A stretch of 64,000 bases of DNA from Phoronis australis (lineage: Eukaryota > Animalia > Phoronida): positions 915,375 through 979,374 of the forward strand of contig NMRA01000073.1 in assembly GCA_002633005.1 (NCBI GenBank). Reading direction: 5' to 3'. The notes below the pieces were generated by a model that saw only the letters and a list, made by a program, of their open reading frames with translations, ran no database searches and was not told where the DNA came from. Positions 12,251 through 25,090 of the stretch are shown here, piece after piece. The first letter of the stretch is position 1; each line of letters starts with the position of its first letter. Both the position numbers and the translations under genes were made by a program.

Positions 12251-13699
12251 AAGAATCCAATTTACGTAAAACATAATCCATGATGACGGTACAGATTCGT
12301 GTAAAGAATAGCTGAAACAAAACCATACGTTATCCTGTTTTAGCCTATAAAGCAAGAATTAACCAAGACTAGATTACATTAATCTTTCACTTCCGACTCT
12401 CTATCAATGTCAAAAGCCTGCAACTCTTTTAAAATCAGCTGACGTCTTTTCAAGGGGAAGCCTGCCTACTTCAAATCATAACATCTGCGCTGAAACACAA
12501 GTATTTTAGCCAAGCATACTTTAACTGCACTGGTCAGAGTAGACAACTTTCCTCACGCGCACACCGCAAGGGCGTAATTCTCACTAGCAGCATCCCGAAT
12601 GTAATTTTTCTTGTGAACTGTTGCCCTTTCGGTCCGTGAGGTACGAAGATTGTCTCCCCTGCTGGAATGGAAACATTCTAACCTCGCCACCAATTCAGTA
12701 GTCCACGTTTTTCAAATGTACGCGGGATTGACTGAATCAGCAGTTCGCCCTGTTAAGCTGGCTATGAAACGAAATCGAATTAGAGCTTTTACTCTCAAAA
12801 TCGGTCTCATATTATTCCTCACCGTGATGATACTCTGCTTCCAATATCAACTAGAACATCGAAACCATCAGGTAACCTAAAACGCTTTGTAGTTTAAATT
12901 ACAGATTCGAAAATGGAACATGTGCGCAATGTATGTGACTTGAGTTGTAGACGGAGAATTTGAAAACTCTATCGGGATGAAAGATTTTTTATTTCGCCTG
13001 TGTTCCAAAAATAGCGAAACCCAACGATTTATTCTAGAAATTCTTGTAACATTCAAAAGGAATAAATCCCACGTTAGCATCCCCAAGACGTGGAAGGTAT
13101 TTTTCATGAGCTTCGCGTTCCATACAAATGTTTACTGCCTTCGAGATTTAAAGAGACCTGATAACGTTGTTTCTAACGTGGTAACGTGGTATGAACCTAT
13201 CTCTTAAATCTACCAGTAGTTGGCAACATAACATGAAATGCGCTTCTGTCTCAATCTCTCCTGTATTACAAATATTACAATTTGTTTCACTTCGAGGAAT
13301 ACCATTTCTTCTGCCGCTGAGAGTTGAAATCTAATGATCGCCATGTAAAATATCTGCTGATGTGTCATCAGCACACATAAATACTTTTCGCAAGACAATT
13401 CTGACTTAATTCCTCTGTAAAATTGTCATTTATTTGTATTTTCTACTACCGACAACCAACTTTGAAAGTTAACATCGCTCAGCTTTTGTTTGAATTCCGA
13501 AAAAATATGGTTGACCACTGACTCCCCGTTTCAACCATGCACGACGGAAACCAGTTGTTTTTAAACGGGCACACCAACTATTTCGACCGTGAAATTACAT
13601 TTCATATAACACCAAAAACATTGTTTAGAAGTCTCATCATTTTGCATTTTCAATATTTTGAAAAAATACTATATAGGCCCAGAGACCAATGACCAACTT

Positions 13700-13930
13700 A
13701 TTCTCCAGTATATAGGCCTACATACATGTATGTACATGTAAGACACAGATAAATCATCACTGCCGCATTTTCCCTTCGCTTTGGCGTTGGTCGTCTAATA
13801 CCAGTAGGCAGTAACCATTTACAAAATTTCGTTTGATGATCTTTTTCAATTACTTTTCTGTTGCTAGTACCCCATATCTGTGGCCCATGGAATAAAATAG
13901 ATGCTGTCATTGTGCCAAACAATTTAACAA
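13700..13930 (-). mobile_element. Degenerate non-LTR retrotransposon (LINE) ORF2 C-terminal fragment
   Basis: LFGTMTASILFHGPQIWG..KVIEKDHQTKFCKWLL matches the post-RT LINE motif LF..V.PIL.YG.EVWG...IE..H.KFCK.LL. Confidence 0.7.
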
Positions 13931-14805
13931 TGGGTTTCTTCTAGGCTCCGTTTTACACAGTGTTTATGCTTTCTGCTTTACATCTCTCCTGCAGCGAGTT
14001 GTCAAAATTAATCTACCAGAAAATACAATCCCTAAATATTCATTGCACTATAACTGTAAGTGCTCAATTCAAAACTTCTATAATGTTATTTTTCTGTTCT
14101 TTTCAGTTGCTCAAGTTGTTGAAACCGACTATTTTTGACCCGTAAATGTTTACATACATACTTACTTTTGTTTTAATTCTAATACACCCAATCGCCTCTG
14201 TAACTCAGCAACAGAGTCGCCAACTATGGTATCATCGTCGGCATATAGTAATGAAGCATGTTTTCCGGTGTTTTAAAAGCGGTTCTAAAACTTTTCCAGT
14301 CTCGATCTCTGCTCTTCATATGCAGTGTAGTTCAAAAGCCATTATATGGCGAGTCAAAGTGTAACAATAATTTGAGTGCATTTTTCATGAAAATTCATAA
14401 AATACAGCACTATTCAAAGATTAACATTGATGTAATATCCATAAAAAATACGATGTGAATTTGTATTATTGTGTACTCAGATTTCGTTGGATGAACTTGC
14501 ATATATCATATGTTGATATTATGAAGGCAAGGTCGTCTGAAGAGTCTGTGCACGTAATAGAATATTCAAGAGTGATATACCTTAACATGCGCCTATGACC
14601 AATTCAATTTCTCATATCTTTGTTACCATATGTCATCACTCATATTCCGCGAAGTTGTTAAATAGTGTAATCTGTCGTGGAATATAATATTTGATAATGC
14701 CCCTGCCCCTGTGCCCTTGCTGAGTTTACTGGGTGACGTTACATTCTTATGACGTCACGATGCATTAAGTAAATCATGAATATTATGGATTGCTACTCAA
14801 AAGAA

Positions 14806-15059
14806 CATGCGCGCACCCAGGGGGGCTCGGGGGTCTCGAAGGAGCCCCCCCATTTAGCGAAGTGGGCAAAAAGGTCCGCCCCTGAGAGACAAAAAGTCCG
14901 AGAAAATGGGACAAAAGTCCACTACATAATTGCACACGCGCACTTCACAGTGGTGCTCCCGTTTTTTTTTTCTTTTTAGTCTGCCCGCTCTTTTGTTAGA
15001 AAAAGGTCCACAACGTCAGGAATTCGAGCCCCCCATATTGAAGGCTGGGTGCGCGCATG
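14806..15059. mobile_element. MITE with 5-bp TSD
   Basis: TIRs are CATGCGCGCACCCAG...CTGGGTGCGCGCATG, with TSD AAGAA on both sides. Confidence 0.9.
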
Positions 15060-15182
15060 AAGAATGCCTATTTTTTCTAAAAATTACTTTGTTTCAAATT
15101 GAAAGGAAAATATATGTTCAATTGGTATCTTGCTTCATTTTTACAAAATCGCGGTTTCCAATGAATTTCTTCAAATTCATGT

Positions 15183-15404
15183 TTAAATTTTCCAGTCCGC
15201 TTTATGTCCCATTTTCATTTTCAATTCTCTCTTATTTTTTAAGCGTCTTTTGTAAATAGCTATCCATTCGCGTTCTTGATCTCGTCCGAACTTGATTGGC
15301 GTTCGTTGTCCCTCGGATGCTGGTTTGACAATCACGTCACCTCCCGGGGTAGCGTTAGTGTTCACGTTTACATTCAATTCTTCACTCGTTCCCTTGCGCA
15401 CAAC
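15183..15404 (-). CDS. Probable terminal exon of gene B
   Basis: A strong phase-0 acceptor, tgttttatttatacag|GTT, matches the donor at 16353. It encodes VVRKGTSEEL...EREWIAIYKRRLKNKRELKMKMGHKADWKI*. Confidence 0.7.
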   Translation of the reverse strand, partial: VVRKGTSEELNVNVNTNATPGGDVIVKPASEGQRTPIKFGRDQEREWIAIYKRRLKNKRELKMKMGHKADWKI

Positions 15405-16353
15405 CTGTATAAATAAAACAAATCACACTGCGAGGGACTAGGTCGTACTTTTGCCCATTACCATGTTGTGAGAAACAAAAATCGTTTAAGTTTCTATTGC
15501 CTTTCTCTGCATTTCAACGTAACACATTAAAATTTTTCCAAATTGTGACATGCATAATTAGACCACATGGAGTTGCATGCGTGGTTTTAAGGTCTAGGAA
15601 CCTTGTACAGGTATAGACCACATTGAGTTGTCTCGAGGACAGTGTAAGGTTATAAGGACCCAGAGAGAGAGAGCAATGTTGCCCGAAATATACATGTTTA
15701 CCACTGTATGGTAAGAAATGCCAAGGGCACACCTTCAGATGGGAAAGACTAACCTAAAACTACGAAGGATGGACGAGAAATTGAAAGGGTGGGGTTTTGA
15801 TGGGGAAGATAAGCATTTTTTTAGTTTATCCTTCTCAGATCGCGTGTCTGGATGTTCGTGTTGTTTGTCAAACGTAAATTTCTATTCACTTGGTCGCACC
15901 CGACATTATTGTGAACACGTAGGCACGCGCAGAAATCTAGACAGTAATATTTCGTGTGAAAATAAGTTCAGGTCCAGAAAATGCTTGGTTCGACACATGG
16001 TCAACACCTTGCTGAAGTTTTCTTTACAATGTCCGTTTCTAAAACGGTTATCAAATGCCTGAGTTGCAATGGCGTGCTAATAAATTACTCAAACAATGGA
16101 ATTACTTTCACAACACAACTCCGACCTTACCACTTTGGGCCCTTCTGATTGGTCAAATCTCACAGGATGTTCCCTCCTTCCCATTGGCAGTTCGAGCTTC
16201 ATATTAAATGATAAAATCAACCTATGTTTTGATTATAATTATCTCTGAGACCTAAGGACATTCAGCAATCTGTCTCATAACTTCCCAATCAGTAATAGTC
16301 ATCTTGTTCCACCAGTTCATTTTGAAAACACTTCGCTGACAATTCTTACTTAC

Positions 16354-19300
16354 TTGTGCCCGTACGCTGTTCATAGAGACCATTGACCCCTTAACAGCCA
16401 TCTCCTCTCTTGAATGATTTCCCCTCCTCGACTTCGGACGCGTGGACGATGGTGACCCCTGTCGGTCTTCACCCATTATTCTTCTTGTAACTGACGGGAC
16501 AGGTGTTACATTAATCTCCGCATCAATCTCGTCGTCACTGTCAGAATCCTTCTGTAGCAGCGTAGGCACAGACACTGCGTGGCCTTGCGACTCGAGTTCA
16601 ATTTCTTTGGCAACTTTGTTAGCTTTGACATGCATCACTTGCTGCGAATACATTGGAAGAATATCCAAAGAAGAATCTTCAGAATAACTGCTCATAGATC
16701 CTTGTTGGCTAAAGCTGGATTTAGAAGCTGACTGTTTCGTCACCTTGATTTCCGAAAAAGACGTTTTCTTCATTCCTTTTTGTTTCCCGTCTCCCGTTTT
16801 CGAAGCCTTCGCCGAATCTTTTTTCAAAATTGACTTGGATGTTGCTTTCACTGGATTTTTTTTGCCTGAGCTTACTTGTGTGATCTTACTAGATTGAGAG
16901 CAGGAATCATGGTTCACGTGCCTGCTAGAAGAGTTGTCATTTTCGTTTCCGTCGCTTCTAGTGCCTATTAGTTCCGATTTCGACTGTTGAACAGTTGATG
17001 ATTTCGTTATAGAACTTATTCTTGAACTATTTTTTGTTTCATGTTTCTCGTTTGATGGTCTCTTATGCTGCGAATGTTTACCGGAAAGCCTCCTTTTTGG
17101 CGGCATTGTGCCATCAACGTTGAAGATCAGGGAAATGTTCGCTTGCTGGTTCCATTTGCTTTCATGAACTGCTATCATTTCTTGAATAACCAGGTGTTTC
17201 AAAACATCCTTTGACTCTTGCTCAGTTTTTGGTAAATCACTGTACTTAAGATTAATGGATCCTCCTGACCCGCTTCCTCTCATTATCTGGCTCACACTTT
17301 TAAGAGCATTGATAGACGCAACGTCGTGGTGAGAGGTTACTTTCTTGCCATCCCCACTTAGCAGTGTTGGTAAAACAGCATCTATGACAGTTTGAATAAC
17401 ATGCCGAGCTGCCTCCCTCAAAGAAGCCTCTGCGTGACACCATTCGTTTGTTAGAAATTCCATGTCGCTCTTTCCAGGAAATGTATAGCTTTTAATCTCC
17501 TCCTCCAGCTGAACAAAATGCGTGACATCTAGCACGTGAGAATCTGTGCAAAAAGCAAACTGCTCCAGGTCGGACACTTCGCTACTTACAGACACGGAGC
17601 CGATATTACCTTTTGCATCCCGGTCGACATTTAAACAGAACACAAAGTTCTTGACGTCCTCGCCCGCGGAATTGAGTACAGAGTCCGATTTGGTTACTGT
17701 GTGAGAAAGTTCGTGCTTTTGTAGAACAGCTGAACTGTTTGACGTATTAATGTTTAAATGCTTTTCGGAATTTGAAATGTTTATCTTTTCATTAGAATTA
17801 AACTCGGCAGCATTGTCCTCGATGGCAAAGACTAATGAAATATTTGTCTTCTGAGTAGCGCCATCTATCACATTTTCCAAGCTGTCGCGAATAATGAGTT
17901 CGTTGAACACATTCGGATGCGCTGATTTTGGTGTTTTCGATTTTTGTGGTAAGCCGTGAATGGAAAGTTCCCCTACATGAAATTTGGAGTCTCCATGTAC
18001 AATAGTAAGCGTTTCTTTAGACGTAGCGTCAGTTAGCACTCTATTAATTGTCTCTAGCTTTTGTCCGAAGAGTGATTGTCGCCTAGTTGTTGCCGTCGGT
18101 ATTTTCGCGTCATTCTGGAGTCGATGGAACGAGGAGTGTGGAGTTTCACCCGTAATGTGGACACTCAACAGCACGGCGTCGATGACATGCTGGACAACCT
18201 GCCGTGCAGCAGCTCGCAATGCTGCTGGTAGTTCCGCCAGTGACTCTCTCGTTTGTATCGTGGTGTTTTGCTCTTGTTCTAACAGTTCTTGCAAGTGAAG
18301 GATTGATTCCAAGCTTAGAGGATGTCGCCCAACACTCGCGGATGATATGACGCCGTTAACATCTTTTTGCAGATTCACAGTGAAGACAAAATTGTCTACG
18401 TGAGTACCAGAGTCCGTAATTACTTCTTGAGATGATGGATTCATGTCGGTGGTGGGTCGCAAGTGGGCAACTTTGGCCTCAGAGTGCGACATCCGCTCTA
18501 TTTTGACCGACTCATCCGTCAAAAAAGTTACACTGATGTTTGTCTTTGCGTTCACTTCACCAAACTTTTCCTGCACCACCTCCTGGATATTCAATGTGTT
18601 GAAAAGATCACTTGCATCTCCTACTTTCTGTTCACCGGCGCTTTCTGGATCTGGTTCCTGGTACGTCACAGCGGTTATGCATTTTACACCTGTCCCTGAC
18701 GGTTTATTAGTCTTAATCGATCTGTTACTCTCAATGCTGCTGATTATTTTCTTCAGTGTGTGCGTGTCCTGATGGGATTCCGATACCACATTTGTGGCAG
18801 TTTCATCACACAAACTTTTCAGTAAGTCTAAAACCACCCCTTCTGCACAAGAATCTAAAGTTTGCGGGCTTGCTAATCCATTTCGTTTTTCCTCAATAAA
18901 TTCTTGAAGGCGTAAAATCGAGTGCACGTTAACCAAATGCCCTTGTATGGTGGCTGACGATATTTTGTTTTCCTCATCTTTGTGGAGACTGACAGCCAAA
19001 TTAATGTCATTATCTTGAAGTTGATTTTGCTGCGTTGATGAAGTCACGCTGTCTCGCCTGCCACATTCGTCAAAAACTATCGATACTCTGTTCCGCTTAA
19101 CGTGCGGTGCATTAGTAAGCGATGATGAGTTCTCGTGGTGCCCGCTGAGTCGATCTGATTTGGTTTTCTTTATCGGACATTCTCCGTTGTAAGTCAAAAC
19201 GTATTCACATTTTGTAACATTCTGATGGTCAGTTACATCTTCGTCGTCCTTCTGAGCCCGGAATGTCAAGCCAAATAAACTTTCATTTCCTTCCTCTTGC

Positions 19301-20178
19301 AACAAGCGCTCTACAAACTCAAGTTTTTCGTTAAATTCTGAAAGCTCAATTTTATCACACCACGTTGCCTTCAGCTTCTGTTCCGACTTACTGTGATTCC
19401 CTTCCCGCTGTTCGCGGTAGTACTTCAGCACCACGTCAACAACGTTTTGAATGACAGCGCGAGAAGTGGCACTTAGTTTGTCTGTTGAATCGATGTAACT
19501 ACCACTGTGTCTTTGATTTTCTTTCGTTTCCTGTTGTTCATCAATGAACTTCTTCAAGCGTCGGATGCTTTCTACATCAAGAGGATAACCGCCCACGACT
19601 GCAGACGATATATTACCGCTAACATCCCTTTCTAAATCAATGGTAAGCATCACGTTGTCCTTACTTCGGGAGCTCTTGGGAGTAATTTTTGAAGTTTTGG
19701 ATGAAAGAGAGCTTCTTTCTAAGGGCATACTTTGATGACTTTGACATGAGGGATGGATGTTTTGTTCATTATTCTGTAAAATGTCAGACTTCTGATTACG
19801 AACCTCAGTTGGTTTAGAAGTCGCCACATCATGGCAGGCTCTGTGAACGATTTCAGTTACGTAAGTCTTAACAGTCCTCACCAAAGAGGGCGCAGCGGAT
19901 AGCGTCATCATGCTACTGACCGTTTTAATCAATGTGTTGCTTGCACAAACTGCGAGTTCTGAGCACTTCGCTGTAAGAGTGGTCTTTGCACTTAACCAGG
20001 AATGCTCGTCACTTCGGGGGGTGGCATTTGCACTTCGGGGGGTGACATTTGCTGCGGTTGCTGGAAGGACGATAGTATGTGATGTTTTCGCTTTTCTTTT
20101 GACCCGTCTGAAAGCGATGACGACTGTGCCCAAAGCGCAACCAAATAGCATCAAAAACAACAGTAGAATGGCAGTTTG
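16354..20178 (-). CDS. Giant exon of an unrecognised membrane-anchored protein with four repeated ~200-250-aa modules (gene B)
   Basis: Open frame of 1,275 codons with a phase-0 ttttccag acceptor. Hydrophobic segment AILLLFLMLFGCALGTVVIAF is followed by RRVKRK. Phase-0 donor CAA|GTAAGT at 16353. Confidence 0.85.
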
Positions 20179-20497
20179 CTGGAAAATAATGCAACGAACA
20201 CTGCAATCTAAACGAGATTCAATTTCATGCCTCTTTGGTTAAAATATGGAATTGGGTGCTCAACTTCAAGTCAAATAGTCTTGGCATATTCTCCTAATGT
20301 AAGTATTCCTTATTTGAAAGCACGCACGTTTTTGACGGCAGCTAAAATCAATTCACTTTATTGAAGAACCTACCACGACTACCATCAAATACGAATAAAC
20401 AGAATGCACAATACACGCAACTAGCCAGCAGAGTATTGTAACAGAAAGTCACTAAAATTTTATCAGAACTTAGGAACATGTTCTCAGAGAGTTTTAC

Positions 20498-20599
20498 CGT
20501 AGATTTGAGTTCTCTTGGAGGCGATGGTAAAATGTCGACGATTTCCATAACAGATGTAGTTGCGGGAGCATACGCTTGTGGTGTTTTAGCTACACTCAT
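20498..20599 (-). CDS. Candidate first coding exon of gene B
   Basis: An ATG (MSVAKTPQAY...PRELKST) runs to a phase-0 ACG|GTAAAA donor compatible with the 20178 acceptor. Other donors are possible. Confidence 0.4.
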
Positions 20600-21990
20600 G
20601 TCGTTAGGAGAAAATAGCAAACCGTTTATCGAGCAAACAGCTAGCTTGAAGACTCTGTAAACAACATGTTTAAAAACACTTAATACTTGAAAAGTTAATG
20701 TCGTTTTGTGAAGCTTTTAGTTGAGACTGAACTTGCAACCCGCGCTGTACTGGATGGCCAGAAACTGCCAACTTCAAACTCAACCATGTTTCTAACGGCT
20801 AATCTGTCCAAAAGCAATTGATACTTTGTTCGTGTTATCCTTGTGTAAAATTACGTCACATAATTATCTTACTGAAACGGAGCTGTACCGAACGCAGAAC
20901 GTTTTTGAATAACGATTCGAATCTCACCATAAATAACGAATTTTTCTGATTAGACATTTGAATTTTCAATGCTCAATTACACAATCATGTTGTCGATGAT
21001 ACTTCCGGTATTTTACTGCCGTAAATTCAGATAGACTACAGGGGCCCGGGAGACAATGATGCAAACGTTGTTTTCCTTCTGATTCTTCGTAATGCACATA
21101 CAGTACATGAATTGCCAGCATGAAAATTACCAATCACAATAACCGTGAACCTTATACCTTAAACTTTATCCGTTCTCCTGTTACGAGAAAGAAAATTCAC
21201 ACGTGCAGTATATTGCAGAAAACTGCCTATTTCACAGGAGAGAGAACTTTCAGTCACCGGATGACAGAAATGAAGAATTTACGTAATTCATTACTCTGGG
21301 CATGCTTGAGAGGAACCGTAAGGTCTATGGTCTAGACGCCTTTCTACAATTCGACTGAGCTGTGTTTCAGTGGCTGTCTCGCCCTCGGTAATGCACTGTT
21401 TTGCGTGTTCGTATCCTACTACTATTTCGAAGGTTGAATTCTATGTTACTGCACTACTTTGGTATAAATACATGGAGTAGACACCACAATTGCCAGGTAA
21501 CTTTTACTCGTCCTACTATACAGTGTGAAAGAGTAAATTCTTACGCATCCCAACCGTGCGCTTCTTCCGGTTTCTCCAAGCAATTTGTCACGGTACCAGA
21601 GATGGTTCCGGTTAGCGATCCGGTAGTATCTGCAGCACCATCGAACCCTTGAAGAAGCAAATCACTGCCAGGGAAAGCAAAAGAAAAGTGGTATAGACCA
21701 TGATCCCAGCATTGTTTCGCACGTGTGGTTGATTTGAGGATTATGCAAGAATTAAAGTGTAAATTGCAAGGTCTCAACCAGTCTGAACAACAATATGCTC
21801 TAAATTCATGTTTATAATTATTATTGCTATATTCTTAATATTAACTGAATTGTACGTCGCTATAAAAAGTTATTTACATATTTGTTGCCGTGGCGTTGTA
21901 ACGCCATTGTTGTAACGGAAAATAGAAACGGCGCCATTTTCCTTCGTTACACATCTGTGACGTGGTGTTGGGGAACACAAAGAAAACAAT

Positions 21991-23791
21991 ATGGATCCCA
22001 GTGAGTACAGCAGCGTAGATGAAGAATATTTTGAAAGATACAGGGAGGGTCAGGTGGAGTTTTCAGACGATTCTGACGTTTCGGATGTGGAGGAGGAGGC
22101 GACAGACCCCATAGGAACCGTTGAATTTGTGCTCACACCTTCTCTCTAGTAGAACCGTTTCCCTTGCTCCGGTTGTCGACGATCCAGCCCCAGCCGGTTC
22201 GTGCAGTGAATATCAACGGGCAGAAGGTGCGCAGGAGTTGCGACAGAATGTTAGTGACTGGTAAGAATATTATAAATATGCATCATACTACCGCGAATTA
22301 CTACTTGGTCTTTTTTAATTTTAAGTTCAGTAGCTTTACCGGTCACTCCCAGGCGCTCTCGTCCCCACTGATGAATCATTTTTCAGCCGTGGATAAGTAC
22401 CAGTTTCAGTGATAAAAAATGGGACTCGTTGCACTTACGCAAATCACTCAACAATGTGTGGTCTTTCATTATTTGTAGACAGTGGCGCATTGGTTTGGGC
22501 CCCGGACTCTTGTTTGTGAGACTCGGGTTCGAATCCTGGCTTTCACTGGCAGACAATTGGGCATTGTACGAAGTTGTCTCCTACTCCCCTGAGCTCAGTC
22601 TTACTAGTGAGTGAATAAATGTATGCATGGGAAAGAATGAGAACCACCTCCCAATACTCAACTGTGTAGTGTAAACAAGAGGAAAAAAGAATTGCAATTT
22701 TGCAACTTAGACTTTCTTACCTGGGGGCCGGAGGGAATTCCATGGGTTATAAAACAGGTCACTTCATTTTCATACTCTAGGGCCAAGTCAACTTGGACCC
22801 AGAGCAATGTACACACGTTTTTCTAACCAGGTTTAGTTTGTGTAAGTCAATGCTTTCATGCCTATGTACCTAATGTTGCTGTTATTTGTGAAAATTGGTA
22901 CATGGCTTGGGTGCGAGTTGACTTGGGAAGGAACCGTCTGGTAAAGTTTCTAAAGAGTATAGAAGGCATCGGATATTGAGAAGTTTTTAAAAATGTTTAC
23001 TGTAATATTCACGATTATTAACAAAACAGACCCCTCCATCAATGAATCAGGTGTCAGCAAATCAAACTAAGTATGTCCATTCCTATATATATATCCCCCA
23101 GGCATGATCTGCCACTGCCCTGGGTGTAGCAGTATTCATTTGTATGAAAAGTAAATATCTTTACTATTTATGTGATGTTTCAAAGCTTGTTTTTTGGAAT
23201 TTAGTTTCATTTTTGTTCTGTTTTAAACAGGTCGCTGCTCAACAATCAGTCTTCTCGAAAACTGAGGTCATTGCAAACCCTCAATTAATTTGGCCGAGAC
23301 ACTCTTGGTAAATCAGTAATTTTTTCAATTCGACATTTTGATGTTTACTAAAGTAATGTATACATATTGTCACATCTTGCAGGTGCACGTGTGACAACTG
23401 TCAGACTACTGCAGTCATTGAAGAAAGAGTATGTTGTCAAGAAGTCGACAAAGTTATTGCTAAACTTGAGGACGAAATGAAGAGGGACAACTTAAACGGA
23501 AGAAAAAAATGTATCGTGTACCATGGAAGTTTTCAACCTGTGTGCATCAATCGTGATGTTTTGGAGACTGCATGGTTGCAGTATAAAAGCCAATATCCGG
23601 ATGGCTATGACGGACCCTTTGATAAAAGGATGCGACACATAGCCTACAGACAGTTCCAAAGATGGGTGCATGGTCACCTAGGACGAACTGTCCGTGTTGT
23701 AATTCCAGCATGCGCAGTAGCCTGCATCAGAGCTTTTTACCCTCCACCGGGAAATGAGGAGGACTTTGAGTTTCAAGGGTTTTCTTATTAG
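21991..23791 (+). pseudogene. KolX-like / P2X7 C-terminal ballast (nanor-like) Cys-rich gene, two exons (21991-22260, 23383-23791), frameshifted in exon 1
   Basis: The splice TG|gtaag...cag|G rebuilds DWCTCDNC..EERVCCQE..CIVYHGSFQPVC..MRHIAYRQFQRWVHGHLGRTVRVVIPACAV. The ATG frame stops at 22147 and is one base out of frame with the DW codon. Confidence 0.85.
22475..22640 (+). mobile_element. tRNA-derived SINE-like insertion in the KolX intron
   Basis: A-box TGGCGCATTGG and B-box GGTTCGAATCC are present. The body motif GTCTCC..CTCC.CTGAGCTC.GTCTTACTAGTGA recurs at about 58490-58530. Confidence 0.6.
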
Positions 23792-24662
23792 TTTCATTTA
23801 TGTATATATATATCGAGTTGTCTTATCCCTGGAATGCCAACTCCAGCTCATTACCTAAGTACTCTATTACTAAAACTTGTGACTCGGGGAGTATCTACTT
23901 TGGACGAGTTGAAATAAGTGACAAGTTCCATAGAGAGAACAAATATCCTAACAAACGAATGCAATCACAGCGCAATCTCAGTGGTACAAAAATGAAGTTG
24001 GCATTCCATGATGGATTTCTGTGTTTTCAGAATGGTAAACAATTGACAAAGAAAGTAGCATATATTGATGTTCAGGAACTTATAGTGACATGGTCATGAC
24101 AAGTGTAATGTTACTAGAACTACATTATAAACCTCTAAACTCAACATCAGTTATGGTTTACTTAGGAATTGGTCTCACTGGAGTTGTTAGTGAGTTTCAA
24201 GTGAACACATTCAACAATATTGCTGTTACATAAAAATCTGGACTATTGTCTGAGGTAGAGACTGAATCTCCTGCCCTCTTCTTATACAGTAGGACTCGTT
24301 ACATTGGTAGTGCTTCATTGGAAACTAGAAAGGCTAGCATGCATTAATTCCTGTAACGCCTCCAAGTAACTTTGACTTCGATGAAATATCTGTCTCACTG
24401 GCTCCAACTTACCGAGTTCTACTGTAATTCAACAAGACATTAACTACCATGACGTGGCAAAGTACTGAATTTCCACCCAAAAGCTACAGTATGCAATAGC
24501 TTCAGATGTCTATGACATGGTATAAAACACACAAAATTATACACATGTATAGGAAGTGAGAAATCTGGAGAGAGTGCTTGGACCACTCGCAAAAAAACTC
24601 GCAAGAAAATGTTAGACAGTAGAGTTGGGATTCTGTGCAAATGATTATTCTGTCGTACAATT

Positions 24663-25033
24663 TGAATGATATTGGCAGACACGAGAAGACTGACGACCCA
24701 TGTATATTTTCATCACTACCAATGTTTTAGGGTTTTTTTTTTAAGCTGTACAGATAGCAATGCTAGAGTATTTATAGTACCAGTATTGGAAATCGTGAAA
24801 CACTTTTGAGCGTGCCATATGGCTGTCCGCTTTGTATAAACCCTGCGACATACTATGTTCTAACATTGAAACATTTCAATGTTACTTCAATATAATGACT
24901 ATAAATATTGTGGCATAGCTTTTAGGTTTATTTGATTAACAGTAAACTGTTGCCGTCCCATATAATGCATCGGTAAGGGGGCGAAAAGGTACCTGTGTGG
25001 GTCGTCAGTCTTTTCGTGCCCCAATATCATTCA
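24663..25033. mobile_element. MITE-like inverted-repeat element nested in the Kolobok
   Basis: Imperfect ~36-bp inverted repeats: TGAATGATATTGG..CACGAGAAGACTGACGACCCA and TGGGTCGTCAGTCTTTTCGTG..CCAATATCATTCA. Confidence 0.65.
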
Positions 25034-25090
25034 TTGTCATGTATGTGATGGAAAGAAATATCAGTACTGTCCATTGACAAAACAAGCAGT

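Noticed and set aside
16252-16353. ORF-track C-terminus of gene B (VSKNCQ...AECP)
   Set aside because: Probably intron read-through past the CAA|GTAAGT donor, though an alternative ending cannot be excluded.
23383-23791. Host P2X7 purinoceptor gene
   Set aside because: No channel or ectodomain exons are present, and the domain lies within Kolobok TIRs.
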